NCBI GenBank assembly: GCA_963669175.1
Contig: OY769902.1
Coordinates: forward strand, 1,280,001-1,344,000
Reading direction: 5' to 3'
Source: a bacterium
Lineage (GTDB): Bacteria > Electryoneota > Electryoneia > Electryoneales > Electryoneaceae
DNA length: 64,000 nt
Shown here: in pieces, positions 19,313-30,110 of the stretch
Layout: each line of letters starts with the position of its first letter
How positions within the stretch are numbered: the first letter of the stretch is position 1
The notes under the pieces: generated by a model
Told to the model about the DNA's origin: nothing
Databases searched by the model: none
The model's input: only the letters and a program-made list of their open reading frames with translations
Made by a program: the position numbers and the translations under genes

Positions 19313-19756
19313 ATGCATAACAGCCAAAAGCATAACATCGGGCACACGGCGTTTCTCATGCACATGGCTTTCAGGAACCAGGTCACTGAGCGTATGAGTG
19401 AGCTTGGGCTGAACAAGGGTGAATCATTTGCCCTGATTTTCCTTTCAGTGCATGGGCCGGAATGCCTGGTTGACCTGGCGCATCATTTTGGGATTGCTCA
19501 TCCCTCGATGTTGCGTCATGTTGATACGCTCGAGAAGAATGGCCTGGTGGAGCGTGTTCCTGATCCGAGTGATCGGCGAAAAAAGAAGATCCAGATTACG
19601 GCCGCAGGGCGTGAAATGCTGCCCAAAGTCACGCAACACTTGCAAGAGGTAAACGAAGAAGCGATCAAGGGGGTAAGTCCGGAAGATGTTGAACAGTTTG
19701 TGCATGTCATGGGAAAGATTATTGCAAACCTGAAACCGGAGACAAGTGACAAGTGA
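19313..19756 (+). CDS. MarR family transcriptional regulator
   Basis: Winged HTH with LEKNGLVERVPDPSDRRKKKIQIT. First gene of the efflux operon. Confidence 0.92.
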   Translation: MHNSQKHNIGHTAFLMHMAFRNQVTERMSELGLNKGESFALIFLSVHGPECLVDLAHHFGIAHPSMLRHVDTLEKNGLVERVPDPSDRRKKKIQITAAGREMLPKVTQHLQEVNEEAIKGVSPEDVEQFVHVMGKIIANLKPETSDK

Positions 19757-21213
19757 AACACGCCCACTTCAGAACCCGTAGATCGTGGCTACCAGGCATC
19801 CTGCTGCTATTGTTTGCAGTAGCAGGTTTATTCCCTGGCTGTGCCGGGTGGCGATCTGTGAGGGAACCTGAACCGCTTGAAACACCAGCAGAATTTCTAA
19901 TGGCGGACAGTATACATGCCTGGCAGGATGAAGCATGGTGGCCGTCGTTCGGGGATACGACCCTGAACAAGCTGATGGATGAAGCGTTCAGTGAAAACCT
20001 GACCTTGAGCCAGAGCACTCAACGTCTGATGCAATACAAAGCAGCATTGACATCAGCCCGCGCCACCTGGTTTCCCGGCATTTCTGCTTCCGGCAGTTAT
20101 ACTGAATCGGATTACCTTGAGTCAGATAACAGCGCTCCCGCCACAGGCCAGAGCGGCGCGACAACGACTGTAAGTGTCGGCCTGACAGCGACCTATGAGA
20201 TTGATCTGTGGGGAAAGCTGCACGCCAACCGTGGAGCGGCCTACGCTTCCTATCTGGCTGGCCGGGAAGATCTGCGGGCGCTAATACTGACTACATCCGC
20301 CAATGTTGCGCGCAGTTATTACACGATAGTGGAACTGAAGCAGCATCAGCAACTCCTGCAGAAAACAGTCCAGGCTTATACGGATAATTGCAACCTGATC
20401 AGGGAACGCTACGAACGTGGTGTGTCGGCATCGTCCGATGTGTACCAGGCTCAGTCAACCCTGTCCAGTGCAAAGGCGCAACTGGCCCAGACGGAATCCA
20501 ACCTTGCTGTCGCCGAGCATGCCCTGTCTGTATTGCTGGGTCGTTACCCGGAGACGGGAATCGTACCGGCTGATATCGAGTTGCCGATAGCCATTGAGGT
20601 TCCGCAACCGGGTATTCCCAGCGAATTGCTGAAAAGGCGTCCGGACGTGCAGGCGGCATACCAGAGCATGGTAGCTGCGGACCGTGAAGCTGCTGCGGCA
20701 GTAGCCAGCATGTTTCCTTCGATCAGTCTGACCGGAACACTTACCGGAACAGGTGAAGATTTTGACGAAGCGACTGATCCCACCAATATCCTGTGGCGAG
20801 CGGTTGGCAGTGTAACCCAACCCCTTTTCCAGGGCGGTCAGTTATACGCCAATTCCAAGCGAGCAAGCGCGGTGTGGCGGGCATCGGTGGATGCCTATCG
20901 TCTGGCCGCGCTTAGCGCATTCCAGGATGTCGAGGACGCGCTTATCCAGGGCAAGAAGCAGCTCGAATATGTGCAGCATCTGGAAACGCAGACACGCGCC
21001 GCAGAAGCAACCCTGCGACTGGCAAGGGATAATTACCTGCAGGGGGTGACGAACTACCTGACGGTCGTGGTTGCGCAGAACAGCTACCTGACAGCGGAGC
21101 GAAACCTGATCAGTGGCAAGCGTGCATTGGTGGAAGCCCGTATCAGCCTGATTACCGCGCTTGGCGGCGGCTGGACGGAAGATGTGATTGAAAACCATCT
21201 GTCGATGGATTGA
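19753..21213 (+). CDS. Efflux outer membrane factor lipoprotein (NodT/OprM family)
   Basis: Lipobox PGC, WWPSFGD, YEIDLWG, PSELLKRRPDV, ALGGGW. Confidence 0.93.
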   Translation: MKHAHFRTRRSWLPGILLLLFAVAGLFPGCAGWRSVREPEPLETPAEFLMADSIHAWQDEAWWPSFGDTTLNKLMDEAFSENLTLSQSTQRLMQYKAALTSARATWFPGISASGSYTESDYLESDNSAPATGQSGATTTVSVGLTATYEIDLWGKLHANRGAAYASYLAGREDLRALILTTSANVARSYYTIVELKQHQQLLQKTVQAYTDNCNLIRERYERGVSASSDVYQAQSTLSSAKAQLAQTESNLAVAEHALSVLLGRYPETGIVPADIELPIAIEVPQPGIPSELLKRRPDVQAAYQSMVAADREAAAAVASMFPSISLTGTLTGTGEDFDEATDPTNILWRAVGSVTQPLFQGGQLYANSKRASAVWRASVDAYRLAALSAFQDVEDALIQGKKQLEYVQHLETQTRAAEATLRLARDNYLQGVTNYLTVVVAQNSYLTAERNLISGKRALVEARISLITALGGGWTEDVIENHLSMD

Positions 21214-21229
21214 AAGAGGTGAGATAGAG

Positions 21230-22402
21230 ATGAGTCCCAAACTACGCAAATGGTTACGCCGGTTAATACCTCTGTTTATCGTTCTGTTTGGCGCAATGTC
21301 CATGATCGGCCTGGCCATGACCCGCAAGCGTCCTCAACGGCAGGAAGTGCATACAGCCGGAGCATTGGTGGATGTTATCAAGGTCAGCCAACAGAGCCGG
21401 AATGTCCTGATCGAAGGAACCGGCACTGTAGAACCACGCTACGAGATATCCCTGATTCCGCAGGTTTCCGGCAAGATCGAATGGGTGCATCCCAATTTCG
21501 AAGCGGGCGGCTGGTTCCACAAGGGCGACACGCTTGTTCAGATAGAAAAAAAAGATTATGAGCTGGCGGTACGTCAGGCCGAAGCCACAGTTGCACAAGC
21601 CCAATACCAGGAAATACTGGCGCGCGCCAATGCGGAAATCGCCAAGCGCGAATGGGAAATCATGCAGGGACAAAGCGAGGACAATGCATCCAGTTCGCCT
21701 GATCCACTGGTGCTGCATGAACCGCAATTGCGTCAGGCTGAAGCATCCCTGCAATCTGCTGAAGCAGCGTTGGACAAAGCGAAGCTGAACCTGGAACGCA
21801 CAGTTCTGACCGCTCCGTTTAACTGTATGGTTCGTTCGGAAAGCGCCGCAGTCGGGCAGTTGGTCAGCACGGCTACGGTCGTTGGCACACTGTACGACAC
21901 TGGCATCGCTGAAATCGAAGTAACCATGCCGGTTTCCGACCTGTTGTGGGTGCCGATTCCCAACGCGTATGCGCGTGTCGATTACAAAACAGGCAACAAA
22001 ACGTACTCCTGGGATGGGCGAGTTGACCGTAAGATCGGTGTTGTTGATGAAGTCGGACGTATGGCGAGGCTGGTCGTGCAGGTCAAGAATCCTTTCTTTG
22101 CCAAAGGCGGAGATCGTCCCTCGCTTGATGTCGGCTCTTTTGTCAGTGTTGAGATTGAAGGACGCGAAATCGAGAATACCGTACCGCTACCACGTGCAGT
22201 AATCCATGAAAACAACCAGGTTTGGGTTGCCTTGCCGGACAGCACTCTGGAATTCCGTGATGTAAGCCTGTATCGTCTGACCCCCGATGAAGCATTGATC
22301 GAAAGTGGTGTGAATGGCGGTGAAATGGTCGTTACAACCTCCATCACTGGCGCTGCGCCGGGTATGAAGCTCCGTATTCAGGATAACGGGGAGGAGCAAT
22401 GA
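21230..22402 (+). CDS. RND periplasmic adaptor (membrane fusion protein)
   Basis: N-terminal TM, PQVSGKI, coiled hairpin, LERTVLTAPFN, PLPRAVI. Confidence 0.92.
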   Translation: MSPKLRKWLRRLIPLFIVLFGAMSMIGLAMTRKRPQRQEVHTAGALVDVIKVSQQSRNVLIEGTGTVEPRYEISLIPQVSGKIEWVHPNFEAGGWFHKGDTLVQIEKKDYELAVRQAEATVAQAQYQEILARANAEIAKREWEIMQGQSEDNASSSPDPLVLHEPQLRQAEASLQSAEAALDKAKLNLERTVLTAPFNCMVRSESAAVGQLVSTATVVGTLYDTGIAEIEVTMPVSDLLWVPIPNAYARVDYKTGNKTYSWDGRVDRKIGVVDEVGRMARLVVQVKNPFFAKGGDRPSLDVGSFVSVEIEGREIENTVPLPRAVIHENNQVWVALPDSTLEFRDVSLYRLTPDEALIESGVNGGEMVVTTSITGAAPGMKLRIQDNGEEQ

Positions 22403-25400
22403 ACAGAGATAAAGGCCCAATCGCATACATGGCCTCAAACCATGTAGCGGCCAATATGCTGATGCTGGTATTGGTGATTGGCGGGCTCGTCATCGGCAGT
22501 AGTATCAAGCAGGAAGTTTTTCCTGAAACCGAACTGGATATGGTGTTAGTTTCCGTGGCCTATCCGGGGGCGACACCCGCAGAAGTGGAAGAGGCGGTGG
22601 TACGGCCGGTTGAGCTTGCCATCAGTGGTGTTGATGATGTTAAAAAGGTAACCAGCTCAGCTAACGAGAGTGTTGGAACCATCACTGTTGAGGTGCTTGA
22701 AAACGGTGATGTGGATATGGTGTTGCAGGATGTAAAAACCCAGATCGATCGTATTCGCACCTTCCCGGAAGAGGCCGAGCGTCCGGTTATCTCCAAGGTG
22801 ATTCCTACACGACAGGTATTATCACTCATCATCTTTGGTGATGTGCCGGAACGGTCGTTGCGTGAAATTGCGGACCAGGTGAAAGATGACCTGCTGGCGA
22901 AAGAAAATATCACGCAGGTTACGCTGTCCGGCGCCCGTGAATACGAAATCTCCATTGAGATTCCCGAAGACAACCTGCGTAAGTATGGCTTGACCTTGCC
23001 CACAGTGGCCAGCATCGTAAGCCAGGCCTCCCTGGATATGGCCGGTGGCACGATCAAAGATGAATCCGGTGAAGTCCTTATCCGGATCACCGAAAAACGC
23101 TACACCGGGACAGAATTCGACTCGGTGAAAGTCTTTACCATGCCGGACGGACGCGAAGTCCTGTTAAAAGATATCGGTGTCGTCAAAGACAGTTTCGAAG
23201 AAAATGACATGGAGGTTCTGTTTGACGGCAAGCCATCCATCATGGTTCAGGTATTCCGTGTCGGCGAACAAACCCCCAAAGAAGTATCGCAGACGGTCAA
23301 GGATTACGTTGCGTCTATTGAAGGACGTTATCCACCGACTGTACAGTTTGAAATCTATAATGACAGTTCCGAGGTATTGCAATCCCGGATAGACCTGCTG
23401 CTGAACAACGGTATGCTGGGATTGATCCTCGTCGTTGTCATCCTTTCCATGTTCCTGGAAATCAGGCTTGCGGTATTTGTGGCAATGGGTATTGTCATAT
23501 CGTTCCTGGGCGCCATGCTGTTTATGCCGTCACTGGATGTTTCCATCAACATGATGAGCCTGTTCGCCTTCCTGATCATCCTGGGTATCGTGGTTGATGA
23601 TGCCATTGTGGTGGGTGAAAATGTGCTGGTCCATCGAAGAATGGGCAAAAGCCTGTTGCGGGCCTCCATTGACGGTACTCGGGAAATGTCCATGGCCGTG
23701 GTTTTTGCCGGGCTGACAACCATCGCAGCCTTTGCCCCCCTGCTGTTTGTCGGTGGTTTCTTCGGCAAGTTCCTGGGCGTTGTGCCGGTGATTATCATTA
23801 CCGTGCTGATCATTTCACTGGTTGAGTCCATTTTTATTCTTCCCGCCCACCTGAATGGCTGGCCTATCACCAGCAAAGCGCCGGTCTGGGACAAGATCGA
23901 AAACCAGCGGAAGCGTTTTGATGGATTCATTGGCTGGTTAATCGACAAGACTTATGTAGATTCACTCAAATGGAGCACCCGTAACCGGTATATCACTGTG
24001 GCGATAGCCATTGCGGTCATGCTGATCACATTTGGTATGTTTGCCGGTGGATTTATCAAGTTCAGCTTCATGCCTTCCATCGAGGCGGATGAAGTTGTAG
24101 TGACCCTGGAAATGCCTCCGGGCACAACATTCCTGGAAACAAAAAAGCTGGCAGAGGAAATTGAGGCAATTGGCCGTGATCTGGTGGCAAAGTCGGACGC
24201 AGAACGTGGCGATGGACTTTCCAACCTGGAACACGTCTTTACCATTGTCGGGCAGAGTTTCAGTGGTGGTGGTCATCGTGGTGGATCAAATACGACATCG
24301 TCGAACCTGGCCCAGATTCGCCTGCTGTTGACCGACCCGGATGTTCGCACAATCAGCTCACCTGTACTGGCATCCAAGTGGCGAGAAGCCGTTGGTGATG
24401 TGCCCGGTGTCGAACGTCTGCAATTCCGTAGCGATTTGATCAACTCAAGCGCGGACATGGAAGTACAGCTAAGTCATACGGATTTTGACGTGTTACTGGC
24501 TGCTTCCGAACGACTGAAATCCATGCTGTCCGAATATGCCGGCATGCAGGAAGTGGATGACAGTTACACCGAAGGCAAGCGTGAGCTGAAACTGAAGCTT
24601 CGTCCCGAAGCAGCTTCGCTTGGCATTACGGAAGCCAGCCTGGCTCAGCAGGTGCGTGGCGCGTTTTACGGGTCGGAAGTTGCACGAATCCAGCGTGGTG
24701 AAAACGAAGTAAAAGTAATGGTGCGCTACCCGGAAGAGGATCGCAGAACCTTGATGAGTATAGAAAAAATGCGCATCCGTACAGCTTCCGGTGAAGAAAT
24801 ACCCTTCAAGCAGGCCGCCTATATTGATGAAGGACGCGGGTACAGTACCATCCAGCGAACAGACAGACGCAGGGTTGTCAGTGTAACAGCTTCGGTGGAC
24901 AAACGCACTGCCAATGTGGACGATATCATGGCGGACCTGGAATCAACCATGTTACCGAAATTGCTGTCTTATTATCCCGGGTTGGCCTACAGTTTCGAGG
25001 GACGGAGCCTGGATCAGAAAGAGTCACTGCAAAGCATTCTTCGCGCGGAAGGTTTCGGCCTGTTCCTGATCTTTGCTTTGCTGGCAATTCCATTCCGAAG
25101 CTTCTTCCAACCGTTGATCGTGATGAGCGCGATCCCGTTTGGTGTTATCGGCGCAGCCATTGGGCATCTGTTGCTTGGCTATCCGATTACCATGATTTCC
25201 ATGTGGGGTATTGTCGCGTTGACCGGGGTTGTCGTGAACAGTTCGCTGGTGATGATCGATTTCATTAATCGTGGACGTGCTGATGGAATGGATGTGGTTG
25301 AGGCGGTTCACGAATCAGGACGACGTCGGTTCCGTCCAATCATCATGACTTCGTTGACCACATTCTTCGGTCTGATCCCGATCATCCTGGAGACATCCAT

Positions 25401-25611
25401 ACAAGCGCAATTCCTGATCCCCATGGCGATCAGCCTCGGATTTGGTGTGCTGTTCTCCACGGCCATTACCCTGGTGCTGATTCCCTCGCTTTACCTGATT
25501 CTGGAGGATATCCTGAATTTGTGGCGGGCGATTTTCGGCATGGAAGTCGAAGAGATTAAAACCGATCCGGCGCAGGTTAGCATTCAAAGCGGAGGCGGTC
25601 AGATCGAGTAA
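22399..25611 (+). CDS. RND efflux permease (AcrB/AcrD/AcrF family)
   Basis: 1070 aa. YPGATPAEVE, GIVVDDAIVVGEN, RFRPIIMTSLTT, PMAISLGFG. Confidence 0.95.
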   Translation: MNRDKGPIAYMASNHVAANMLMLVLVIGGLVIGSSIKQEVFPETELDMVLVSVAYPGATPAEVEEAVVRPVELAISGVDDVKKVTSSANESVGTITVEVLENGDVDMVLQDVKTQIDRIRTFPEEAERPVISKVIPTRQVLSLIIFGDVPERSLREIADQVKDDLLAKENITQVTLSGAREYEISIEIPEDNLRKYGLTLPTVASIVSQASLDMAGGTIKDESGEVLIRITEKRYTGTEFDSVKVFTMPDGREVLLKDIGVVKDSFEENDMEVLFDGKPSIMVQVFRVGEQTPKEVSQTVKDYVASIEGRYPPTVQFEIYNDSSEVLQSRIDLLLNNGMLGLILVVVILSMFLEIRLAVFVAMGIVISFLGAMLFMPSLDVSINMMSLFAFLIILGIVVDDAIVVGENVLVHRRMGKSLLRASIDGTREMSMAVVFAGLTTIAAFAPLLFVGGFFGKFLGVVPVIIITVLIISLVESIFILPAHLNGWPITSKAPVWDKIENQRKRFDGFIGWLIDKTYVDSLKWSTRNRYITVAIAIAVMLITFGMFAGGFIKFSFMPSIEADEVVVTLEMPPGTTFLETKKLAEEIEAIGRDLVAKSDAERGDGLSNLEHVFTIVGQSFSGGGHRGGSNTTSSNLAQIRLLLTDPDVRTISSPVLASKWREAVGDVPGVERLQFRSDLINSSADMEVQLSHTDFDVLLAASERLKSMLSEYAGMQEVDDSYTEGKRELKLKLRPEAASLGITEASLAQQVRGAFYGSEVARIQRGENEVKVMVRYPEEDRRTLMSIEKMRIRTASGEEIPFKQAAYIDEGRGYSTIQRTDRRRVVSVTASVDKRTANVDDIMADLESTMLPKLLSYYPGLAYSFEGRSLDQKESLQSILRAEGFGLFLIFALLAIPFRSFFQPLIVMSAIPFGVIGAAIGHLLLGYPITMISMWGIVALTGVVVNSSLVMIDFINRGRADGMDVVEAVHESGRRRFRPIIMTSLTTFFGLIPIILETSIQAQFLIPMAISLGFGVLFSTAITLVLIPSLYLILEDILNLWRAIFGMEVEEIKTDPAQVSIQSGGGQIE

Positions 25612-25646
25612 GGATTGCCAGTCTCGGGGACAAGCAGGCGAAAAAC

Positions 25647-25874
25647 GGGACTGTTACCTTTTCATGTTTCAAGTGTAGAAATGACATAGCAGTAAAGACG
25701 AAAAGGTAACTGTACCAGGTTTTCTGCCTGCTGCTACAGGCTGTTCCGTGCAGGAAAATGCCGGGACAGCCACCTTTTCGCATCATGGTTTTCAGAAATC
25801 AATAACTTTGCGTTTAAATAATAAATGGTTAACAGTTTACAACATGTTTTGCATGCGAAAAGCGTGGCAGTCCC
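25647..25874 (+). repeat. Four-box element, family A, copy 2 (228 bp)
   Basis: Same four boxes as at 13410. Spacers 36/46/77 bp. Confidence 0.9.
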
Positions 25875-25985
25875 CATTTTCCATCGGAAATTTCCATTGT
25901 CTATCGAATTTGCTCTACACATCCATAGTCAGGCATGAGAATTTCTTGATTACACGAATCAACGAAGCACTATAAACTTCAACTT

Positions 25986-26738
25986 CTATTCCCAAGTCGA
26001 TTCCACACGGGCCAGTTCATGCTGGTCCGTTTCTCGTATAAGTAGATGCCGCCATACCTGTTTCTGCTCTGAGGACTCAAGCGCTGTTTTTGAGGTCACA
26101 GTGTCATGGTATAAGGCTTCCGCGCGGAACAGGATATCCAGGTCACGTAAGCATTTCCCCTCACGAACGTCGCCCGGAATCGCCTCCATCGCCCAGTTGA
26201 CATAGTGGACGCTGTTCAGGTGATGATTGGTGTCCAGATCCTCTTCACGTACCCGGAACTTCACTTCATGCTCGGCCTGTTTCAACCCACGGACAATACG
26301 TTCCGCGTAGGTCAACGCCCGTACTGGAGTATTCGGATGCAGGTTCCGGACATTGTCCGGCATGGGGACAGCCTTGCGTGTGGTAGAATCAATGATTGCC
26401 CATGATGAGGTGCCCCACGCGATAATCTGGCCATTCGCGTGTACCAGGTAGTCACGATAAGCGCCCATCCGATCCACCCCGGAAGGCCAGGTTGTGACCT
26501 TGATCTCCTCACGCACCTTTGGCCAGGCGCTGAACCTGACACGGATACGGTTCAACACCCATGCGATGTTCTGTTCATGCAGGGTCTCAAGGGACATGCC
26601 CAGCTTGAAGGCGTGCTGACCGGCCGCTTCCAGCAACAAAAGCACAAAAGCGCCTGGGGTTATCCGGCTTTCTTTCCCGATCTCGTAGCCACGCACGGTG
26701 AATTGGGTACGATGCGCGTTTTCCGGTGGGGTAATCAT
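25986..26738 (-). CDS. Acyl-ACP thioesterase (FatA/B-like double hotdog)
   Basis: WVLNRIRV..WPK, DLDTNHHLNSVHYVNW, DILFRAE. Confidence 0.9.
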   Translation of the reverse strand: MITPPENAHRTQFTVRGYEIGKESRITPGAFVLLLLEAAGQHAFKLGMSLETLHEQNIAWVLNRIRVRFSAWPKVREEIKVTTWPSGVDRMGAYRDYLVHANGQIIAWGTSSWAIIDSTTRKAVPMPDNVRNLHPNTPVRALTYAERIVRGLKQAEHEVKFRVREEDLDTNHHLNSVHYVNWAMEAIPGDVREGKCLRDLDILFRAEALYHDTVTSKTALESSEQKQVWRHLLIRETDQHELARVESTWE

Positions 26739-26760
26739 GGTGTGTTCCCGGAGGTTTGTT

Positions 26761-26791
26761 AAAAAGGGCCACCCCAAGCGGAGTGGCCCTT
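26761..26791 (-). terminator. Probable terminator of the tectonin gene
   Basis: AAAAAGGGCCAC...GTGGCCCTT hairpin. Confidence 0.6.
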
Positions 26792-26813
26792 GTGATACTC
26801 TGTAAACATCGGA

Positions 26814-27584
26814 CTACTTCAGGCGGTAGATGCTCATGTCGCTGTTAGCAATCCAGGGGTTGCCATTGGCATCGACGTCGATCAGAACACCAGCGCCAAC
26901 GACCTGTTCCCAGCTATCGCCTACGAGTTTGTAGACGTTGAAGCCCTTGTCCGCTTCCTTGAAACCGATGATCCATACGCTGCCGTCGGCGCCAACGCCG
27001 ATATCCTTCGCTCGACCATTAACGGTTTCGAAACCACCGCTCAGGCCCTTGGTGGGAACCCACTTGTTGATGGTGCCGTCTTCTGCGGCGATCCAGGGGT
27101 TGCCATTCGGGTCAACGGAGATCCGGCGGCCATTGCCGAGCGCCTGATCCCAGCCGTTGATGGAGTTGTTCCAACGGAACACGCCGTAATTCTTGTCCGG
27201 GGATCCAACGATCCAGACGCTGCCATCAGCGCCAATGCCGATATCTGATGCACGACCCGGTACTTCGACCAGCTTGCCGCCCAGACCTTCGTCTGTACGG
27301 AAACGCCAGATGGCCATATCCTGGTCAGCGATCCAGGGGTTGCCGTTGGCATCAACGTCAATCCGCTTGCCTTTACCCAGGATCTGATCCCAGCCGGCTG
27401 TGGAAGGATTAAACTTGAAAATCCCGTATTTTTCCGCTGAACCGACGATCCACACGCTACCATCAGCGCCGCAGCCGATATCAGTTGCACGACCGTTGAT
27501 CTTTTCAAATGTCGGTCCCTGCGCTGGAATGGCAAGGGCGAGCATTAAGATCACTGCTGCCGCAATGGTAATATTCCTGGCCAT
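26814..27584 (-). CDS. Secreted tectonin-repeat beta-propeller (lectin-like)
   Basis: Signal peptide and strong GGAGG Shine-Dalgarno. Three tandem units of GRA.DIG.GADGSVWI plus IDVDANGNPWIA (six blades). Confidence 0.85.
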   Translation of the reverse strand: MARNITIAAAVILMLALAIPAQGPTFEKINGRATDIGCGADGSVWIVGSAEKYGIFKFNPSTAGWDQILGKGKRIDVDANGNPWIADQDMAIWRFRTDEGLGGKLVEVPGRASDIGIGADGSVWIVGSPDKNYGVFRWNNSINGWDQALGNGRRISVDPNGNPWIAAEDGTINKWVPTKGLSGGFETVNGRAKDIGVGADGSVWIIGFKEADKGFNVYKLVGDSWEQVVGAGVLIDVDANGNPWIANSDMSIYRLK

Positions 27585-28181
27585 ACTTAGCCTCCTTTGA
27601 ACTTGGTTGAGGGGCCTCCCCCCATGTAGCTGTTTACTGTCTTTGTTGTCGTCGTTGGTACGTTCCCTCCCTTACTACGACGGGAACGGTGTGCTAACAC
27701 TCTGCGAACACGCGTCAATCCTGAGTTTTATGTGTTCCAGAGAGTGTAATGTATACCCCTTCAGGAAGAGGAAGCAAGAGGTTTTCCTTTTGCCGATAAA
27801 TCAGTAGGACCGGAGACTAAAAGTGTGCTCCATCGGCTCGCTGCAAACATTTACGTGACATTTCCCGCTTGAGAATCATCTACTATATCATCGACAAAGT
27901 TGTTCACTGCTGCGGGGGGTAATATACTACTTTTCCCTGGAACAACGAACCGGAACCTTCAGGCTCCCAAATCCGGTTTTCCCCTCGCAGCAGTCCTTCC
28001 CCTTACAGAATTTCCGATCTACCAGTTGAAACGGCTCCTTTAAATGTCAATCAGGCGTTCACTTCCCAGTTTGAAACGCCTAACTTGTCCTTGAAGTACC
28101 GTTGTTGAACAAATGACATTCATGGTGATACCACGACAGCTTGTTGATATCGATAGTCCCGTTAAAGCCAACACTGTAAGC

Positions 28182-29309
28182 ATGATGAAGCTCAACAGAC
28201 TGACAGACCTCTTAAAACGCAGCCGCAGTGCGCTGTTGCTCCTGCTGGCTGTATTCCTGATTGCCCAGGTGGCCTGGTGGGTGATTTTCCAAATACGTGT
28301 GGATAAACGTCTGACGCTTGCCCAGCACGAACTGTGGGACCAGCAGATCGAACTCACCTCGCGTTTCATTGACGTTCACTACCGTGGCAATCCGGAAGCA
28401 GCTTCCTTTTGGTTGAACAGCACCTATCCCGACCTGGCGCTGTCGTCGGACGGTCACGTTGTCGTTCGTCCCGAGGCGCATACACGGTTGATGGAGGAGA
28501 CCCGCAAGGCTGTCCGGATGTTTGCCTACGAGGGCGGCTTTTTCTCCCTGATCGTGCTTCTCGGTATCGGGTACATGTACTGGACTTTGAGACGTGAAAT
28601 TCTGGTGGAACGTCAACAGGCAAACTTCCTTGCCGCCATTACCCATGAATTAAAAACGCCGGTGACTGCGATCAAACTGCTGCACGAAAACCTTGAGCAT
28701 GCGGATTTGCAGGAAGCGCAGACGGTTGAAGTGAATGAAGCGATACATCAAAATCTTGATCGCCTGCATCAACTTATCGAACGGTTGCTTCTTGCACGTT
28801 CGCTCACGTATAACAAACCCAGGGATCTATCCGGGAATACGGATTTGTGTGCGGTTACTACCAGGGTGGTTCAGCAATACCTGCAACGCTTGCCTGCGGA
28901 ACGTGCGGCCGATATTCAGTACTCGAAAGCAGAGGGGTGTTTTGCCCGGATTACGCCCGAATTCTGGGAAATTGTCGTCATTAATCTCCTGGAAAACGCC
29001 CTGAAATACAGCAAGACAGGGCAGAAGATCCAGGTTGCTCTCAAGGCAGAAGAGAAGCACGCAAAACTGTCTGTCAAGGATATGGGGACAGGCTTTTCCA
29101 GGAGCGAACACCGGGTTATCTTCAATCGGTTCTATCGTGTGGGCAATGAGGATACACGCAGCACAGAAGGTATTGGGCTTGGTCTGTATCTGGTGCGTGA
29201 GATTGTTCACAGTTTCAAGGGCGCCATTGATGGGCAAAGCGAGGGGCCGGGGATGGGTGCGGAGTTTATCGTTACACTGCCATTGCTGAGGGAGTCGTTA
29301 CGTGGCTGA
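28182..29309 (+). CDS. Membrane sensor histidine kinase
   Basis: Two TM helices. H-box ITHELKTP, N-box NLLENALKYS, DMGTG, FNRFYR, GIGLGL. Confidence 0.93.
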   Translation: MMKLNRLTDLLKRSRSALLLLLAVFLIAQVAWWVIFQIRVDKRLTLAQHELWDQQIELTSRFIDVHYRGNPEAASFWLNSTYPDLALSSDGHVVVRPEAHTRLMEETRKAVRMFAYEGGFFSLIVLLGIGYMYWTLRREILVERQQANFLAAITHELKTPVTAIKLLHENLEHADLQEAQTVEVNEAIHQNLDRLHQLIERLLLARSLTYNKPRDLSGNTDLCAVTTRVVQQYLQRLPAERAADIQYSKAEGCFARITPEFWEIVVINLLENALKYSKTGQKIQVALKAEEKHAKLSVKDMGTGFSRSEHRVIFNRFYRVGNEDTRSTEGIGLGLYLVREIVHSFKGAIDGQSEGPGMGAEFIVTLPLLRESLRG

Positions 29310-29994
29310 AACAATCCTGATCGTGGAAGATGACCAGTCGATAGCGTTGGGATTGAAACTGAACCTGCAACGTGAAGGTTTTGACGTTGTCCACGTGGAT
29401 AACGGTAACGACGCGCTGGAAACAATCACCAACACCGTCCCGGACCTTGTGCTGCTGGATGTAATGTTGCCCGGGATGAGTGGTTTTGAGGTATGCGAAC
29501 GTGTGCGGAAAAGCGGCAGCCGTGTGCCGATCCTTTATGTCACCGCACGTAGCATGACCGATGACCGTATCAAAGGCCTCGAGCTGGGGGGAGATGATTA
29601 CATCACCAAGCCGTTCGAGTTCGTGGAATTGTTGACACGTATCCGCGCCATGCTGCGACGGCAATCATGGTATATGGCCGCGCCCGATACGGGTAACACG
29701 GTCACATTCGGCAACAACAAGGTGGATTTCACTGCGTATCATGCCTGGACCCCTGCAGGCGAAATTGACCTGACCCAGAAAGAAAACATGGTGCTGAAGA
29801 CTCTGTATGAAAACCAGGGCAAGGTGCTGTCACGTGACGATATCCTGGACAAGGTCTGGGGTTATGATGCGTATCCTTCCACGAGGACTGTGGACAATAT
29901 TATCCTGAACCTGCGACGTTATTTCGAGGACGATCCCAAACATCCACGCTTCATCCAGTCGCAATACGGTGTGGGGTATGTGTTCAGGTCGTAA
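29302..29994 (+). CDS. OmpR/PhoB-family response regulator
   Basis: VEDD, LLDVMLP, DDYITKPF, winged-helix RTVDN...YGVGY. Overlaps the kinase stop codon. Confidence 0.95.
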   Translation: MAETILIVEDDQSIALGLKLNLQREGFDVVHVDNGNDALETITNTVPDLVLLDVMLPGMSGFEVCERVRKSGSRVPILYVTARSMTDDRIKGLELGGDDYITKPFEFVELLTRIRAMLRRQSWYMAAPDTGNTVTFGNNKVDFTAYHAWTPAGEIDLTQKENMVLKTLYENQGKVLSRDDILDKVWGYDAYPSTRTVDNIILNLRRYFEDDPKHPRFIQSQYGVGYVFRS

Positions 29995-30014
29995 GCTTCT
30001 GCAGGGATAACTCT

Positions 30015-30110
30015 TGGATTCACAGGATGAACAGGATGGTGTAAGGATGCCAGAGATAAATTGCCGGATTCACAGGATGAACAGGATAGGAAAGGATGCC
30101 AAGGATATAC
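30015..30110 (+). repeat. Duplicated left arm of a family D element
   Basis: ggattcacaggatgaacaggat...aaggatgcca occurs twice in tandem. Confidence 0.75.

Noticed and set aside
27906-27994. SRP RNA or a known riboswitch
   Set aside because: It lacks the SRP helix-8 consensus (CAGG..GGAA..AGCAG) and I could not match a riboswitch consensus. Kept only as an unexplained hairpin.
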